Positions 1-10,569 of a DNA stretch of 64,000 bases are shown here, one piece after another (positions within the stretch are counted from its first letter, which is position 1; each line of letters begins with the position of its first letter). The stretch comes from Naegleria gruberi (taxonomy: Eukaryota): assembly GCA_000004985.1 (NCBI GenBank), contig GG738872.1. One strand, given 5' to 3'. The notes below the pieces were generated by a model. The model searched no databases, was not told the DNA's origin, and saw only the letters and a list, made by a program, of their open reading frames with translations. The position numbers were made by a program, and so were the translations under genes.

Positions 1-965
1 AAAGCATAAACTCTCAACATACCAAAGATAATCTCATCACTTCCTGATCTTAATTCGAATTTCAAATGCTTTATAACAAGTCCGTCCCCACCAAAACTCA
101 TGGTATTAATATGGCGATTTGGTTTTGGTGTTGGCAACATATCGATTAACTTCCATCCTTCATAATCCTTTGATTTGTAGAACACATCGATATTTTTCAA
201 ATGAGCAATTTGATTAGAGTCTCCATACTTGATATGTGTCATGTATTCAATATATTTTGCCACATACGGAGCATCAAAACTGAGAATTATATGAGCTTTC
301 ATAGTTCCAGTTGTTGAATAACCATGATTACCGGTATCATCCAGCAAACCTTCAATAGTGTTGGCAATGCCAGACCAACTACCAATCTTTGATCCGCCAA
401 TTTTCACAGGTTCAATTACATTGACATCTGGTCCTGTGTATGCTGGTGTGGAAAGAGCTAGCTCTTGCTCTTTTGTATAAACTTGACCTTTCTTAGTAAT
501 GATTGGAGTAAAAGGAGCAATGGCATAAAATCTGGCCATTCCGATAGCAAAATCATTATTTCCTTTTTTTGATAACCTCCAAAACTTGGCATTGATTCCA
601 TCACCAAATTCATAGATATGAACAAAGTGACCTCCCTTAACATCGTTGATAGTGAGCACAGGAGTCCATTGATCTGTATCGTTCAACTTGTATGAAAGAT
701 CAGTTCCGTTCAATCTGTTTGGGCCATCATAACATGCCATATGACACTTAACTTCAAGCTTGGTAAATACATGTGGATGATCGAAATTAACATTGATAAA
801 TGGATCCATTCCAAAGTATGTAGCAGCACCACATTCTGCACTTTCATCCAACAATCCAGCGACTGTATTGTCACCAATTGAGGAAGATCTACTTATCTTG
901 AGTGATGATGGGGCAACAACATTGCTTTCCAATAATTGACTACAACTGGAAGGAACAAAAACCAT
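1..965 (-). CDS. Partial CDS; the N-terminal 321 aa are in the window and the C-terminus lies beyond the left edge. Two tandem galactose-binding-like (F5/8-type-C/discoidin-like) beta-sandwich repeats.
   Basis: Uninterrupted minus-strand reading frame from ATG at 965..963 to position 1 (MVFVPSSCSQ...GMLRVYA...). It is absent from the ORF track, which appears to drop edge-truncated ORFs. Two ~150-aa repeats each end in a motif like KFWRLS..IGMARFY or KHLKFELRS..FGMLRVY, reminiscent of the C-terminal ARYVRL/LRxE strands of F5/8C domains. Domain call is by pattern only. Confidence 0.45.
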   Translation of the reverse strand, partial: MVFVPSSCSQLLESNVVAPSSLKISRSSSIGDNTVAGLLDESAECGAATYFGMDPFINVNFDHPHVFTKLEVKCHMACYDGPNRLNGTDLSYKLNDTDQWTPVLTINDVKGGHFVHIYEFGDGINAKFWRLSKKGNNDFAIGMARFYAIAPFTPIITKKGQVYTKEQELALSTPAYTGPDVNVIEPVKIGGSKIGSWSGIANTIEGLLDDTGNHGYSTTGTMKAHIILSFDAPYVAKYIEYMTHIKYGDSNQIAHLKNIDVFYKSKDYEGWKLIDMLPTPKPNRHINTMSFGGDGLVIKHLKFELRSGSDEIIFGMLRVYA

Positions 966-1581
966 TTCTCTCTATTTTTTTGTTTTACTTGCTTTTTCAC
1001 CTTAGTCCACATCATCTTCCTTTAAATTGGTCAATAATAACACTAAATAAGTTGGCTTTACGGTTCAAACTGTACAAGAAATGTAGCGCTCCACCTACTG
1101 TGGTAATTAATTTATGCTTTGATCCTTTAATCCCTTAGTAAATTTTCCTCTCCCTGCAGAAATGTAAATAGAAAAGATCATTTCGAAAAGGACTCATCAA
1201 TTGGTGTTACATCAATTCCGTGTTGATTGAGCCATGTAGCACGTTAATTGTTGTAATCATAAATATTATTTGTTAAAGAGAAGCACATTTTTTTCGAAAA
1301 ATAATTAACGGAACTTTTTAGCGTAAATGATTATCATTTACGGAGTTTTGTTATGCATTATGGACGAGATTAGAAAACAACAACACCTCTTTACTTGTTT
1401 ACGCTGTTATGACTTAATTAACAATTGTTTTCCAAATTATACTTTCAGTAAACTTCCCAATTTTAAATAATTTCGAATAGTATGGCAATTAATATTGCAT
1501 CCATTTGTTATTCATCATTAAGGCTTCAACCTATTTTAAAATTTCCCACCAATTTCAATCTACAAATCACAACTCAAAAAA

Positions 1582-2008
1582 ATGGCAGAAGAGACAACTT
1601 CAGCAAATGGCTTTATCACACTCATGACAAATATCCAAGGTAAGAGAAGAAACAAGCCTTTGATAACTTTGATCAAAATTCATCCATTGAACAATAATAA
1701 TAATAGACTTTCTGAGTGAGGCTCATACACTGACTGAAAGGACAACTCGTGAATTGGAGTAAGTTTATTTTAATCAACAGTATTGTTTGATAAAAGGCTT
1801 GGGTTGATTGGTTAATATTAGGGAAATTGAGGAAGACTTTCTCACATTGAAGAGATTTATCCACAACGAATTTGAAAATTGCAATGAAATTCATCAACAA
1901 TTACTACAAGAGACGGAAGTTACTCAATCAAAGATTGCTTGTTTTCTAGAGAATCTTCCCTTGCAAATTACATCTATTGTTTCAATGATGAGTAAGAAAC
2001 AAAGATGA
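1582..2008 (+). CDS. Small (~98 aa) coiled-coil protein in 3 exons (1582..1639, 1707..1758, 1822..2008); function unknown
   Basis: ATG at 1582. Donor CAAG|GTAAGA and acceptor aataatag|AC, then donor GGA|GTAAGT and acceptor atattag|G. The splices restore the frame into track ORF 1808..2008 (EIEEDFLTLKRFIHNEFENCNEIHQQLL...). No family recognised. Confidence 0.4.
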
Positions 2009-2226
2009 TAATTCAACACCTTCATCACAAATAATAAAAACACAAGTCAGACATCTCTTGACTTGACATCGATGCGTCAACCATCAAGTAATATTATTTA
2101 AAAAAATCAACAACAATATTGTCTTGTTGTGATCATCACAGCAAGAAGGAAAAATAACATCATCAAAATATTGGGATTAACATCAAATATTTAAATATTA
2201 TATAATTTGTACAAACAACAATAAGA

Positions 2227-5200
2227 ATGAGTGGTACAAAACAAACGATGAGAAAAGTGAGTGATTCGAATTGGGAAGAAACACAAACACGTGCCTTCAC
2301 AAAGTGGGTCAATTCTCACCTGAAGAAACGTGAAGGTATTGCTCTTGTTGAGAATTTAATCAATGATGTTCAAACTGGTGTTCCAATTTTTGTTCTTTAT
2401 GAAATTATCAGTGGTGAAAAACTTGGTAAAATGTACAACAATCCTGAGAGTAAATTTCACAAGATTGCCAATTTGAATATAGTCATTGATCGTATCAATC
2501 AAGTTGTGGAAACAATGGGTATTAAATTGCAATTCTCAGCTGAACAAGTTTTCAATGGAGAAAAGAGACAAATCTTGGGTTTAATTTGGACTTTAATTTT
2601 GAGATTTCAAATTACAAAAACTTTGGAAATTGGTAAGTTTACAACTTGAGTGTGATATTAATATATCAATTTATTAGAACAACCTATTGTTAAAGTTGAT
2701 ACTCCTCCAGTGAAAGTGGAAAGTAATGAAGAACACAAGGAAGCAGTGCCAGTTGTCGAACCTGTGAAACAACAACATACAACAAAACCTCAAAAGAAGA
2801 CAAATGCTGGTGATAGTGCTAAAATGGAATTATTAAAATGGGTCCAAGAAAAATTGGTTCCATATGCTGGTGAGTTCCTTGTAAAGGATTTCACATCAAG
2901 TTGGCAAGATGGTAAGGCACTTGCTGCTTTGATTAGTACTTTGAAACCAAGAGCACTCAAATATAAAAAGATTGATTTTGTAAATACTACACCATTGGAA
3001 ATTAACAGAGAATCAATTAGAATTGCTGAAGAAGAATTGGATATTCCTGAAATTATTGATCCTGAGGACATTACTGATTCACCAGAAGAACTCTCATTAA
3101 TGACCTATATTTCCTATTTCAGAGATTATGACAGACTTCATCCAGAAGAACAAATTGAAGAAGAGGAAGTTCCTGAGGAACCAGTTGTGGAAATTATTGA
3201 AGATATTCGTCCAGAAATTGATCCATCAAAATGTATTGCTGAAGGTCCAGCTTTTGATGAATCAAATCCACCAATTCCAGGTCAACCAACTCATTTCACA
3301 ATTGTCACCTATGATGAAGAAGGGAACAAATATATTCCAAAGAGTACTGAAGATGATGAAAATCAAATTACTGTCAACTTATTCAGTCCATACGTTTCCG
3401 AAGAAATTCCAGAACCTGACATTAAGAATAATGGTGATGGTACCTATGATGTTTCATTTGTAGTTCCAGTTGGAGCTAAGGATTTGAAGGCACTTATTGT
3501 TGTCAATGGTGAAAGTATTCAAGGTACTCCTCACTCTGTTCCAAATGCTTCAATCTTTGATCCTGCCAAGAGTATTGTTGTTGGTGAAGGCGTTCAACCT
3601 TATAATTTATATGTTGACGAAATTACTGACTTTGTTGTGGAATGTAGAGATACTAATGGAGCTAACATTTTACAAAGTGTTCCAGATTTGCAATTTGATC
3701 TTGTCTTGAAGGATACTGATACTGGTAATGAGTACCCAGTTAAAGCTCAACAAGTTGACAATGCTGATGGTACATATACAATCAGCTATGTTCCTGATTG
3801 CCCATCTGGTTCTTATGAACTCTCTGTTTTGACAAACAAAGGAGAAAAAGTAGGAAATTCTCCATTTGATGTTACCTTCCAACAAAAAGTCATGCCAGCA
3901 CAATGCGTTGCCAAAGGTAATGGTATTTTGCCTTTCGGTTTAAAGACTGGTGTTGCCACTAGTTTCACAATTGAAATTAATGATAAGAATGGTAAAATTA
4001 TTCCATATGCCGATGAAGAAATTTTAGTTGATATTTTGAGTGGAGATGAACTTGTTGAACCAAGTGACTATTTCTTAACTGTTACCAATAATCAAAATGG
4101 TACCTATACTGTTAATTACAAACCAAAGAAAGCTGGAACTCACTTCATTTCTGTAAAGTGTAATGATGAAAATATTTCACAAAGTCCATTCAAGGTAGAA
4201 ATTTCAACTCTTCCTTCTGCTCCAAACTCTAAACTCAAACTTGTTTCAGTTAAATCATTGCCAAACTTGATTGAACAAGAAATTGACCTTAAGGCTCTCG
4301 ACTCATTTGGTGTTAAAACAGCAAAGAATTGCAAGTTGGTTGCCTTAGTTGAAGATGATGATGGAAATCTCATTCCAGCAACTATTGTTCCAGGTGAAGA
4401 TGATAAACTCAAGGTTGTCTTCAAGCCAACCAAAGCTGGACAAAAGTACAAGACCAAGATTCTCATGGATGGCGTTCCAGTTGGTGATAGTTTCACTGTT
4501 CAACACAAACCAATTTTATCTTGTCCTTTGACAAGAGTTTTCGGTCCTGGATTGAATGGAGCTGATTTATTCTCCAAGGATAGCGTTCCTGCCATGTTCA
4601 AGATCAAATCAATTGACAATAATCGTAATCCATACCTTCAATCAAACTTGCAACCAGTCAAGGCCTCAGCAAAGAAACTCAAGAGACTTGCCAAAAGTAT
4701 TTTCAAAGAACCAGATTATTTTACAGATTTGTTGAATCCACAATATGATTTACAATTAGATGATGAATCAGTAGTTGAATCTATTGACTTTTCTAAATCA
4801 GTTGATCTTGATGAAGTTAGACCAGCATTGGAAAGACACATCAAGGCAACACCTTTCAAGGTTATTGTTAAAAATGAAAACACTGGAGAAGATATTCCAG
4901 CTATTGTTTTCAATACAGCCCCAGCCGAATATACAGTCTTTTACAATCCAACTACGGCTGGCCCTATTTCTATTAGTGTTGTTGATAAGAAAGATCAACA
5001 TCCAGTTGCTGACAGCCCATACCAAGCTTTCGTTACTGAAGGAGTCAACCCAATGCTTTGCCAAGTTAAGGGTCCAGCATTGTTGAAGGCTTACAAGGGA
5101 AGACCAACCTATCTCACTATTCTTCCAAGAGATGCCAACAATTCACCAATTTCTGTTGGTGGACACGAATTTTATGCCAATCTTGCTGATAATAATGGAG

Positions 5201-5997
5201 TTTCATGTATTGTACCACTAACAATTGTAGATAATAATAATGGTACCTATGATGTTAAATTCACTCCTCAAGCTAAGGGAAAACATTTGATTTCAATCAA
5301 GCATGATGGCCAAGATCTCAAAGATTCACCATTTCCAATCTTTGTCAGAGATGATGAGTTTGCTCCATATGCCAAGAATTGTCAAGTATTTGACAATCCA
5401 TCCAAGATGAAGACTACCAAACCACGTCACTTCTTTGTACAAATGAAGGATAAGGATAATAATCCAATTCTCTCTGGTGGTGATCCTCTCAAGGCCACGC
5501 TCAAGACACCTGAAGGAAAGCTCGTTCAACACCTTGCAGTCATTGATCCAAACACTGGTAAATATAAGATTCCACTCAATCCTAAGGTTCCAGGTAAATA
5601 TATTGTAACTTGTTCACTGGGTGATGAAGAAGATGGAGGTGAAGTCATTTCAGGTTCTCCATTCCATCTCAATGTTACACCTGGCATTTCACCATTGAAG
5701 ACTGAAATTGGTGATTGGGAATTTGACATTCAAACAGCTCAAGACAATGAACCAGAGGACTTATTCATCAAGATTAAATCACCATCTGGAAAAGTCATCT
5801 CACCAACCATCATCAAGTGTCCAAGACCTGAAAATCATCAACCAAATGATGATGACGAATACTCGAAAGGAGACAGATTCAAACTTATTATCAGAACTAC
5901 AGAAGTTGAAAAGGGAGACTACTTGATCTATGCTAATATTTGTGGATACCCAGTAAAGGGATCACCATTCAAGCAAACTCTAGATGTTAGATGTTAA
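2227..5997 (+). CDS. Filamin/gelation-factor (ABP-120)-like actin crosslinker: tandem CH1+CH2 actin-binding domain followed by multiple filamin-type Ig repeats. 2 exons (2227..2632, 2678..5997), ~1241 aa.
   Basis: Exon 1 encodes CH1 (WEETQTRAFTKWVNSHL...LGLIWTLILRFQI). A 45-bp intron GTAAGTTT...TTATTAG is phase 1. Exon 2 encodes CH2 (KMELLKWVQEKL...ALAALISTLKP...LMTYISYF), then many ~95-aa repeats with the filamin motif pattern (DNGDGTY.V.F.P...G.H.V.V...G..I..SPF.V). Confidence 0.9.
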
Positions 5998-6266
5998 TAA
6001 ATATGAAATGCTTAATTTAATTCAACAATTCCGAACACTTTCATGGGTTTTACACAATTAAGAACCAATTTTTACACCATTTCATTTTGTATTAAGGTAA
6101 ATTCAAATTTTCATTTTTTTTGAGAAGATTTAATTTTGGCGGCAAACTTTTCTCAATTCTAAATGTGAGATTTGTCCCAACTTGAACCTCATCCTCAGAA
6201 CTGTTGGTTAATTTGCCTGTTTTGATCCTCTTACACCAACTGGTCTGGGATTAAAACTTAAAAAAA

Positions 6267-7328
6267 ATGGCACTATTGCAATCATTATCCACACCACCAG
6301 TATTGTTATCGCTTGGTGTCGTGGGTGCTTCTGCAGTTTATTGGGGTAGAAAATTCTTCCTTGGTACTTACTGCCCCGATCACTTAAAACAAGGAAACTT
6401 GAAAGGACAAGTTGTGCTAGTGACTGGAGCTAGTAAAGGAGGGATTGGATATGAAACTGTCAAGGCATTGTATTTAATGGGAGCTACTGTTGTGATGGCC
6501 GTCAGAGATGTTTCCAGAAGTGAAAAAGAAAAGAAAGAATTAGAAATTGAAAGTGAAAGTTCAACAGTCAAAGGTCAATTAATTGTAATGAAAGTTGAAC
6601 TAGATGATTTGGAATCTGTGAGAGAATTTTCAAAAGAATTCCTATCCAAATTCGATAGATTAGATATTCTAGTCAATAATGCAGGAATTGGTGGAATGAC
6701 AGGTATTTCCAAACAAGGAATTGAAATTGCATTTTCAGTGAACCATCTCTCTCACTTTTTAATAGTTCATTATTTGAGACAACTCATTATTGATACCAGT
6801 ATTAAATATTCAAAGGAATGCAAGATTATTAATGTGAGCAGTATGGCACATGCTTATGCCAAGAGTTTGAAGTTTACAAAAGATGAAATTTCAATGAGTG
6901 ATACTTCAGTGAATGCTTATGGACAATCAAAGCTTTGTAATGTTTTGTTTACAAAGTCATTGGCTAGACAGTTGGAAAATACTAAAATTGGATGCTATTG
7001 TCTTCATCCAGGTAAGTTATTTCATTTTCCATCATTATTCATTTTTGGAAATTATTGAACTGTAGGTGCTGTGAATACCAATGTGTTTAGACATTTACCA
7101 TATTATGTTTCACTTGTGTTGAATGGATTGAAATGGTACTTTTTCAAAACACCTGAAAGTGGAGCCCAAACTCAAATCTATCTTGCTTTGGAAAAGATGG
7201 AAAAACTCTCATCTGGATCTTATTATGATGATTGTAAGAAAGCAAATGAATATGAATTATCAAAGAGTGTTGAACTTCAAGATCAATTGTGGAATTTGAG
7301 TGAAGAATTGATCAAGGATTTTATTTAA
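6267..7328 (+). CDS. Short-chain dehydrogenase/reductase, retinol-dehydrogenase (RDH11/12/WWOX)-like. 2 exons (6267..7011, 7066..7328).
   Basis: N-terminal TM/signal-anchor. Rossmann motif VLVTGASKGGIGYETVKAL, the NNAG motif (VNNAGIGG) and active-site S...YGQSK. A 54-bp phase-1 intron (G|GTAAGTTATT...ctgtag) joins ...CLHPG to AVNTNVF, giving the HPG(A/V)VxT motif typical of this SDR subfamily. Confidence 0.85.
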
Positions 7329-7358
7329 CAGTTTACCTTAAGTAAATATTAAGGTTGA

Positions 7359-8219
7359 TTAGATCTTTAATTTCTTATTTATTGAATTATTAAAAGCATC
7401 CAAGACATCAGTATCATTTCTCAATTCTTCATTCTCAATATGATCATATTCCACTTGATTTCTCCTCACTGCCTTGACAACAATTTCCTTATCATTTCTC
7501 AATGTTTTGTCGATGAATGTTAAAATTGGTGGTACAACACGATTTCTTACTTTGTACCTATCCATTACTTTCAATATCACTTCCTTATCTTTAAAATATC
7601 TTTCATAATATCGACTAAATGACTCATACTTGTAATAAATTAGAATTTGTTTTTCCATTTCTGGATTAGATCTAATACTGTTACATTGATTGTCAAAAGA
7701 TATGAATGATCTAGTAATTAATTGAATATTGAATTCCAAATCCATTTTCAATTCGGTTGGAATCATTTTATAATTCCAATCAGTTACACATTTAAGCATG
7801 AATGAAGTGTCATGTTTCAGCTCTTTACTGACATATCTCATGGCATATGAGTTTACTTTGATAGCTGCCATGACAACCTGTCTATCATTTCTAAGTTCCT
7901 GATTGGCATATTTCAATACATATCCATTTAGTTTACATGCCTTTAGAATAATTTCCTTCATATTTCTGTATTTCATTGGCAATCTTTTAAAATACCAAAT
8001 TTCTTCATTTTCAGCTTCCAATAAATAATAAACAATAGAATAATATGTTAAATATTCGGATGGAATTTGTTGAAATTTAACTTGTTTCGTTTTAATTAGT
8101 TTTATCAAATTTTGTGCTTCGTCAAGTTTATTTCGGAGCAAATTGGTTAGTAGTTGATTAGTATTACTACCATTGCTACTATCCATCCACAAATCAATTA
8201 GAATTACCTTTACACTCAT
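7359..8219 (-). CDS. DUF4116-repeat protein (tandem ~35-aa 'ELRNDKEIVxxAVxxNxxxxxY' repeats); function unknown
   Basis: True ATG (MSVKVILIDLW...) at 8219; the track start at 8318 is a TTG. Repeats visible include LRNDKEIVVKAVRRNQVEYDHIENEELRNDTDVLDAF and LRNDRQVVMAAIKVNSYAMRYVSKELKHDTSFMLKCV, matching the DUF4116 repeat pattern. Family assignment is from memory. Confidence 0.55.
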   Translation of the reverse strand: MSVKVILIDLWMDSSNGSNTNQLLTNLLRNKLDEAQNLIKLIKTKQVKFQQIPSEYLTYYSIVYYLLEAENEEIWYFKRLPMKYRNMKEIILKACKLNGYVLKYANQELRNDRQVVMAAIKVNSYAMRYVSKELKHDTSFMLKCVTDWNYKMIPTELKMDLEFNIQLITRSFISFDNQCNSIRSNPEMEKQILIYYKYESFSRYYERYFKDKEVILKVMDRYKVRNRVVPPILTFIDKTLRNDKEIVVKAVRRNQVEYDHIENEELRNDTDVLDAFNNSINKKLKI

Positions 8220-8681
8220 TTTTTTCTTTTTTAACTTTCGAATAATTTCCAATCCTATTAATTTCTTATCATTTCTCAATTCTTTAATTTTGAATTCAAG
8301 ATTGCATGTAAGTTTCAATTCATTTTTTGCTTTTCCAATTATTCACACTCAAGAAGTGTCAGATCTCAATTCTTTACTGACATATCAAAATTCCTATGAT
8401 GAAGGATTTACTAGTTGATATTATTCTAATCTTAAATACTAATCAATTAGTTCTCTATTTTCGATTAAATAACAAATGATTTCAGTTTGTCAATAGTCGG
8501 TTAAATATTGGAAGGAATTATTTGTTGGAATTTAACTTGATTTACTAGTTTCGTATACTTGTGCAATTCTTAAAGAATAATTAATTGTATAGTTTAGGTC
8601 ATTATACACAACTTCCTAATCAATTTGATCATCACATAAACTTTCGAATAAAAACTTTCTAATAATTTTAATAAATTTAAT

Positions 8682-9041
8682 TTAAAGGAAATTAACAGCA
8701 AGCATTGCTATTACTGCAGGAATTGTTTGTACAAAAAGAATCTTTCTACTGGCAGTTGCAGCTCCAAACAAACCAGCAACTCCAACACATGACAAGAAGA
8801 ACATTTGCAATTCATAATTGAAAGATTTTGAAAATAATGACCAAACTAAACCAGCACCCAAGAATCCATTATAAAGTCCTTGATTGGCAGCCAAAACTTT
8901 AGTTTGTTCTGCAAAGGTTTCGGTTAGATTAAATGCCTTTCGTCCACGAGGAGTATTCCACATGAACATTTCCAAGGCCATAATGTAGAAATGCAACAAG
9001 CCAACACCACCCACTAAACATTGAGGAATCAATGACGACAT
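8682..9041 (-). CDS. Small 4-TM membrane protein of the bacterial-type DUF1304 family; intronless, 119 aa
   Basis: ATG at 9041 (MSSLIPQCLVGGVGLLHFYIMALEMFMWNTPRGRKAFNLT...QGLYNGFLGAGLVW...). The track's longer 8682..9119 version begins at an alternative codon. Family call from the conserved LHF..A.EMF.W / QG.YNGFL.AGL pattern. Confidence 0.55.
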   Translation of the reverse strand: MSSLIPQCLVGGVGLLHFYIMALEMFMWNTPRGRKAFNLTETFAEQTKVLAANQGLYNGFLGAGLVWSLFSKSFNYELQMFFLSCVGVAGLFGAATASRKILFVQTIPAVIAMLAVNFL

Positions 9042-9365
9042 TTTTTTATAATTGTTGTGATTCTTGTTATCGCTTGCAAGTTTTTGAAATTGTTTAGGAG
9101 CGGAAGAATATTTCCGCAATCAAGATTACCATTTTTGATCCTAAGGCATATTCACAGTCCTGCCACAAGAATGCTCCGTAATTACGGTTGTTGCAGTTGT
9201 GGAGTTGAGCTTTTGAATTTTCCTATGTTGTTTTCCTGTGTTATTTGATTTTGTAATATTAAATATTTTCAATAAATAGTTTTAATAATTAGTAATATAG
9301 TTGTTAGAGAATGTTAGAGCTGTTTGTTGTGAATTTGATATTTAAGGGAATTAAAGTGTTAGGAA

Positions 9366-10445
9366 TTATCCTTCTACTTTCCAAACTAAAATATCTTGAT
9401 TATCTTTACAAAGGGAATATACATATTTGTAAACATTTTCAATGGTTTCAATTTCGTATGGTTCTTTTAGTTTACTGTCATGATTGAACCACAATTCTCG
9501 TTCTTCATTGAGAATGATTTTACCAACTGCCCACCAATGTCCAGAAGCAGGTCTCCTCTCTACCTGTCTCTTTGATGCAAAGAATGGCAGACAACCTCCT
9601 CCACCCACCTGTACATAATATTGTTGATTGAAAAGAAGGCCAACCATCTTGGGATCTTTCAAATTCCACAAATCATTTGATAAATTATTCTCATTCAATT
9701 CACTTGGTTTTAAATTGTGTAATTTCATTTGTTTCTGTGTCAGTATACTTTCAACAACTTCATATGAATAATTTCCAAAACTTCCCAATAGTAGAATCTT
9801 CTTTTTATGATAATTTGACATGCTCTTCTTTTTAAACCATCGACTCAATCTACTTGATGAACTATCAAAACTTCCATAATATAATTCTCTCTCAGTATTG
9901 AATATACAATCAGCCACTTTATCAAACTCGTTAGTTTCCAACTTTTGTTGTAATAAATTATTAATTGAATGTTTGGCACATAATTGTCTCTTTTGTTTCT
10001 CGTGAATTAATTCAGTTTTACAGCTAGATCTCGGAGCAATACTTTGTAACAAGTAAGTAGTACTAACACAACAACTACTTCCCAAACCATATTGATTCAT
10101 CAATGGTTTATGCAATGGTAAATTAAATTCCTCCTTACTTTCATCATGACGTTCCGAAATGCTTTCATCATGATGATCATCCTTTCCATGATTAGGTTCC
10201 TCCACAATATTCAATGGTGATGATGATTTAAATTCATAACTAGCACCACCAACACTATCATTATTAGTAGTAGTACCATAGGAAGAAATACCATTCGTGC
10301 GATGAGATTGAACTGTTGATGATGAAGAAGATAAATAATGTTGAGGATCAATTAATTTATCAACCGATGATGCAACCACATTGGATTGTTCATCATCATC
10401 AGCATTGCTAAAATCACTTGTTATGGATGAACGTTGTTTAATCAT
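9366..10445 (-). CDS. Josephin-domain (MJD-type deubiquitinase)-like protein with a ~150-aa S/T/D-rich disordered N-terminus
   Basis: The central and C-terminal part aligns with the Josephin catalytic core: ...HEKQKRQLCAKHSINNLLQ (compare ataxin-3/JOSD 'QEGSLCAQHCLNNLLQ' with the catalytic Cys) ... WFNHDSKLKEPYEI. Single ORF. Confidence 0.5.
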   Translation of the reverse strand: MIKQRSSITSDFSNADDDEQSNVVASSVDKLIDPQHYLSSSSSTVQSHRTNGISSYGTTTNNDSVGGASYEFKSSSPLNIVEEPNHGKDDHHDESISERHDESKEEFNLPLHKPLMNQYGLGSSCCVSTTYLLQSIAPRSSCKTELIHEKQKRQLCAKHSINNLLQQKLETNEFDKVADCIFNTERELYYGSFDSSSSRLSRWFKKKSMSNYHKKKILLLGSFGNYSYEVVESILTQKQMKLHNLKPSELNENNLSNDLWNLKDPKMVGLLFNQQYYVQVGGGGCLPFFASKRQVERRPASGHWWAVGKIILNEERELWFNHDSKLKEPYEIETIENVYKYVYSLCKDNQDILVWKVEG

Positions 10446-10569
10446 TTTTTTATAATTCTAAAGAAAGTTTTCAACGTTTAGAATTTTGAAATACAAAGCT
10501 CTCAATCTAAATATATAATTGGAGAAGGTTTAGTTTGTTGTTTGGATAGTATTTAATGGATAGTAGTAG

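Noticed and set aside
458-643. Track ORF (61 aa, minus strand) inside the first gene
   Set aside because: It is a wrong-frame read inside the much longer edge-truncated reading frame 1..965; it has low-complexity, hydrophobic junk composition.
2790-3071. Numerous short antisense or out-of-frame track ORFs inside large genes (e.g. 2790..3071, 3128..3463, 4140..4496, 40120..40329, 48736..49152, 57572..57841)
   Set aside because: They lie entirely within well-supported long coding frames on the other strand or frame and have hydrophobic, low-complexity composition typical of AT-rich noise.
9057-9248. Track ORF in the intergenic region between the DUF1304 gene and the Josephin-like gene
   Set aside because: Poor composition, and it overlaps the 5' end of the DUF1304 gene in antisense; more likely promoter sequence.
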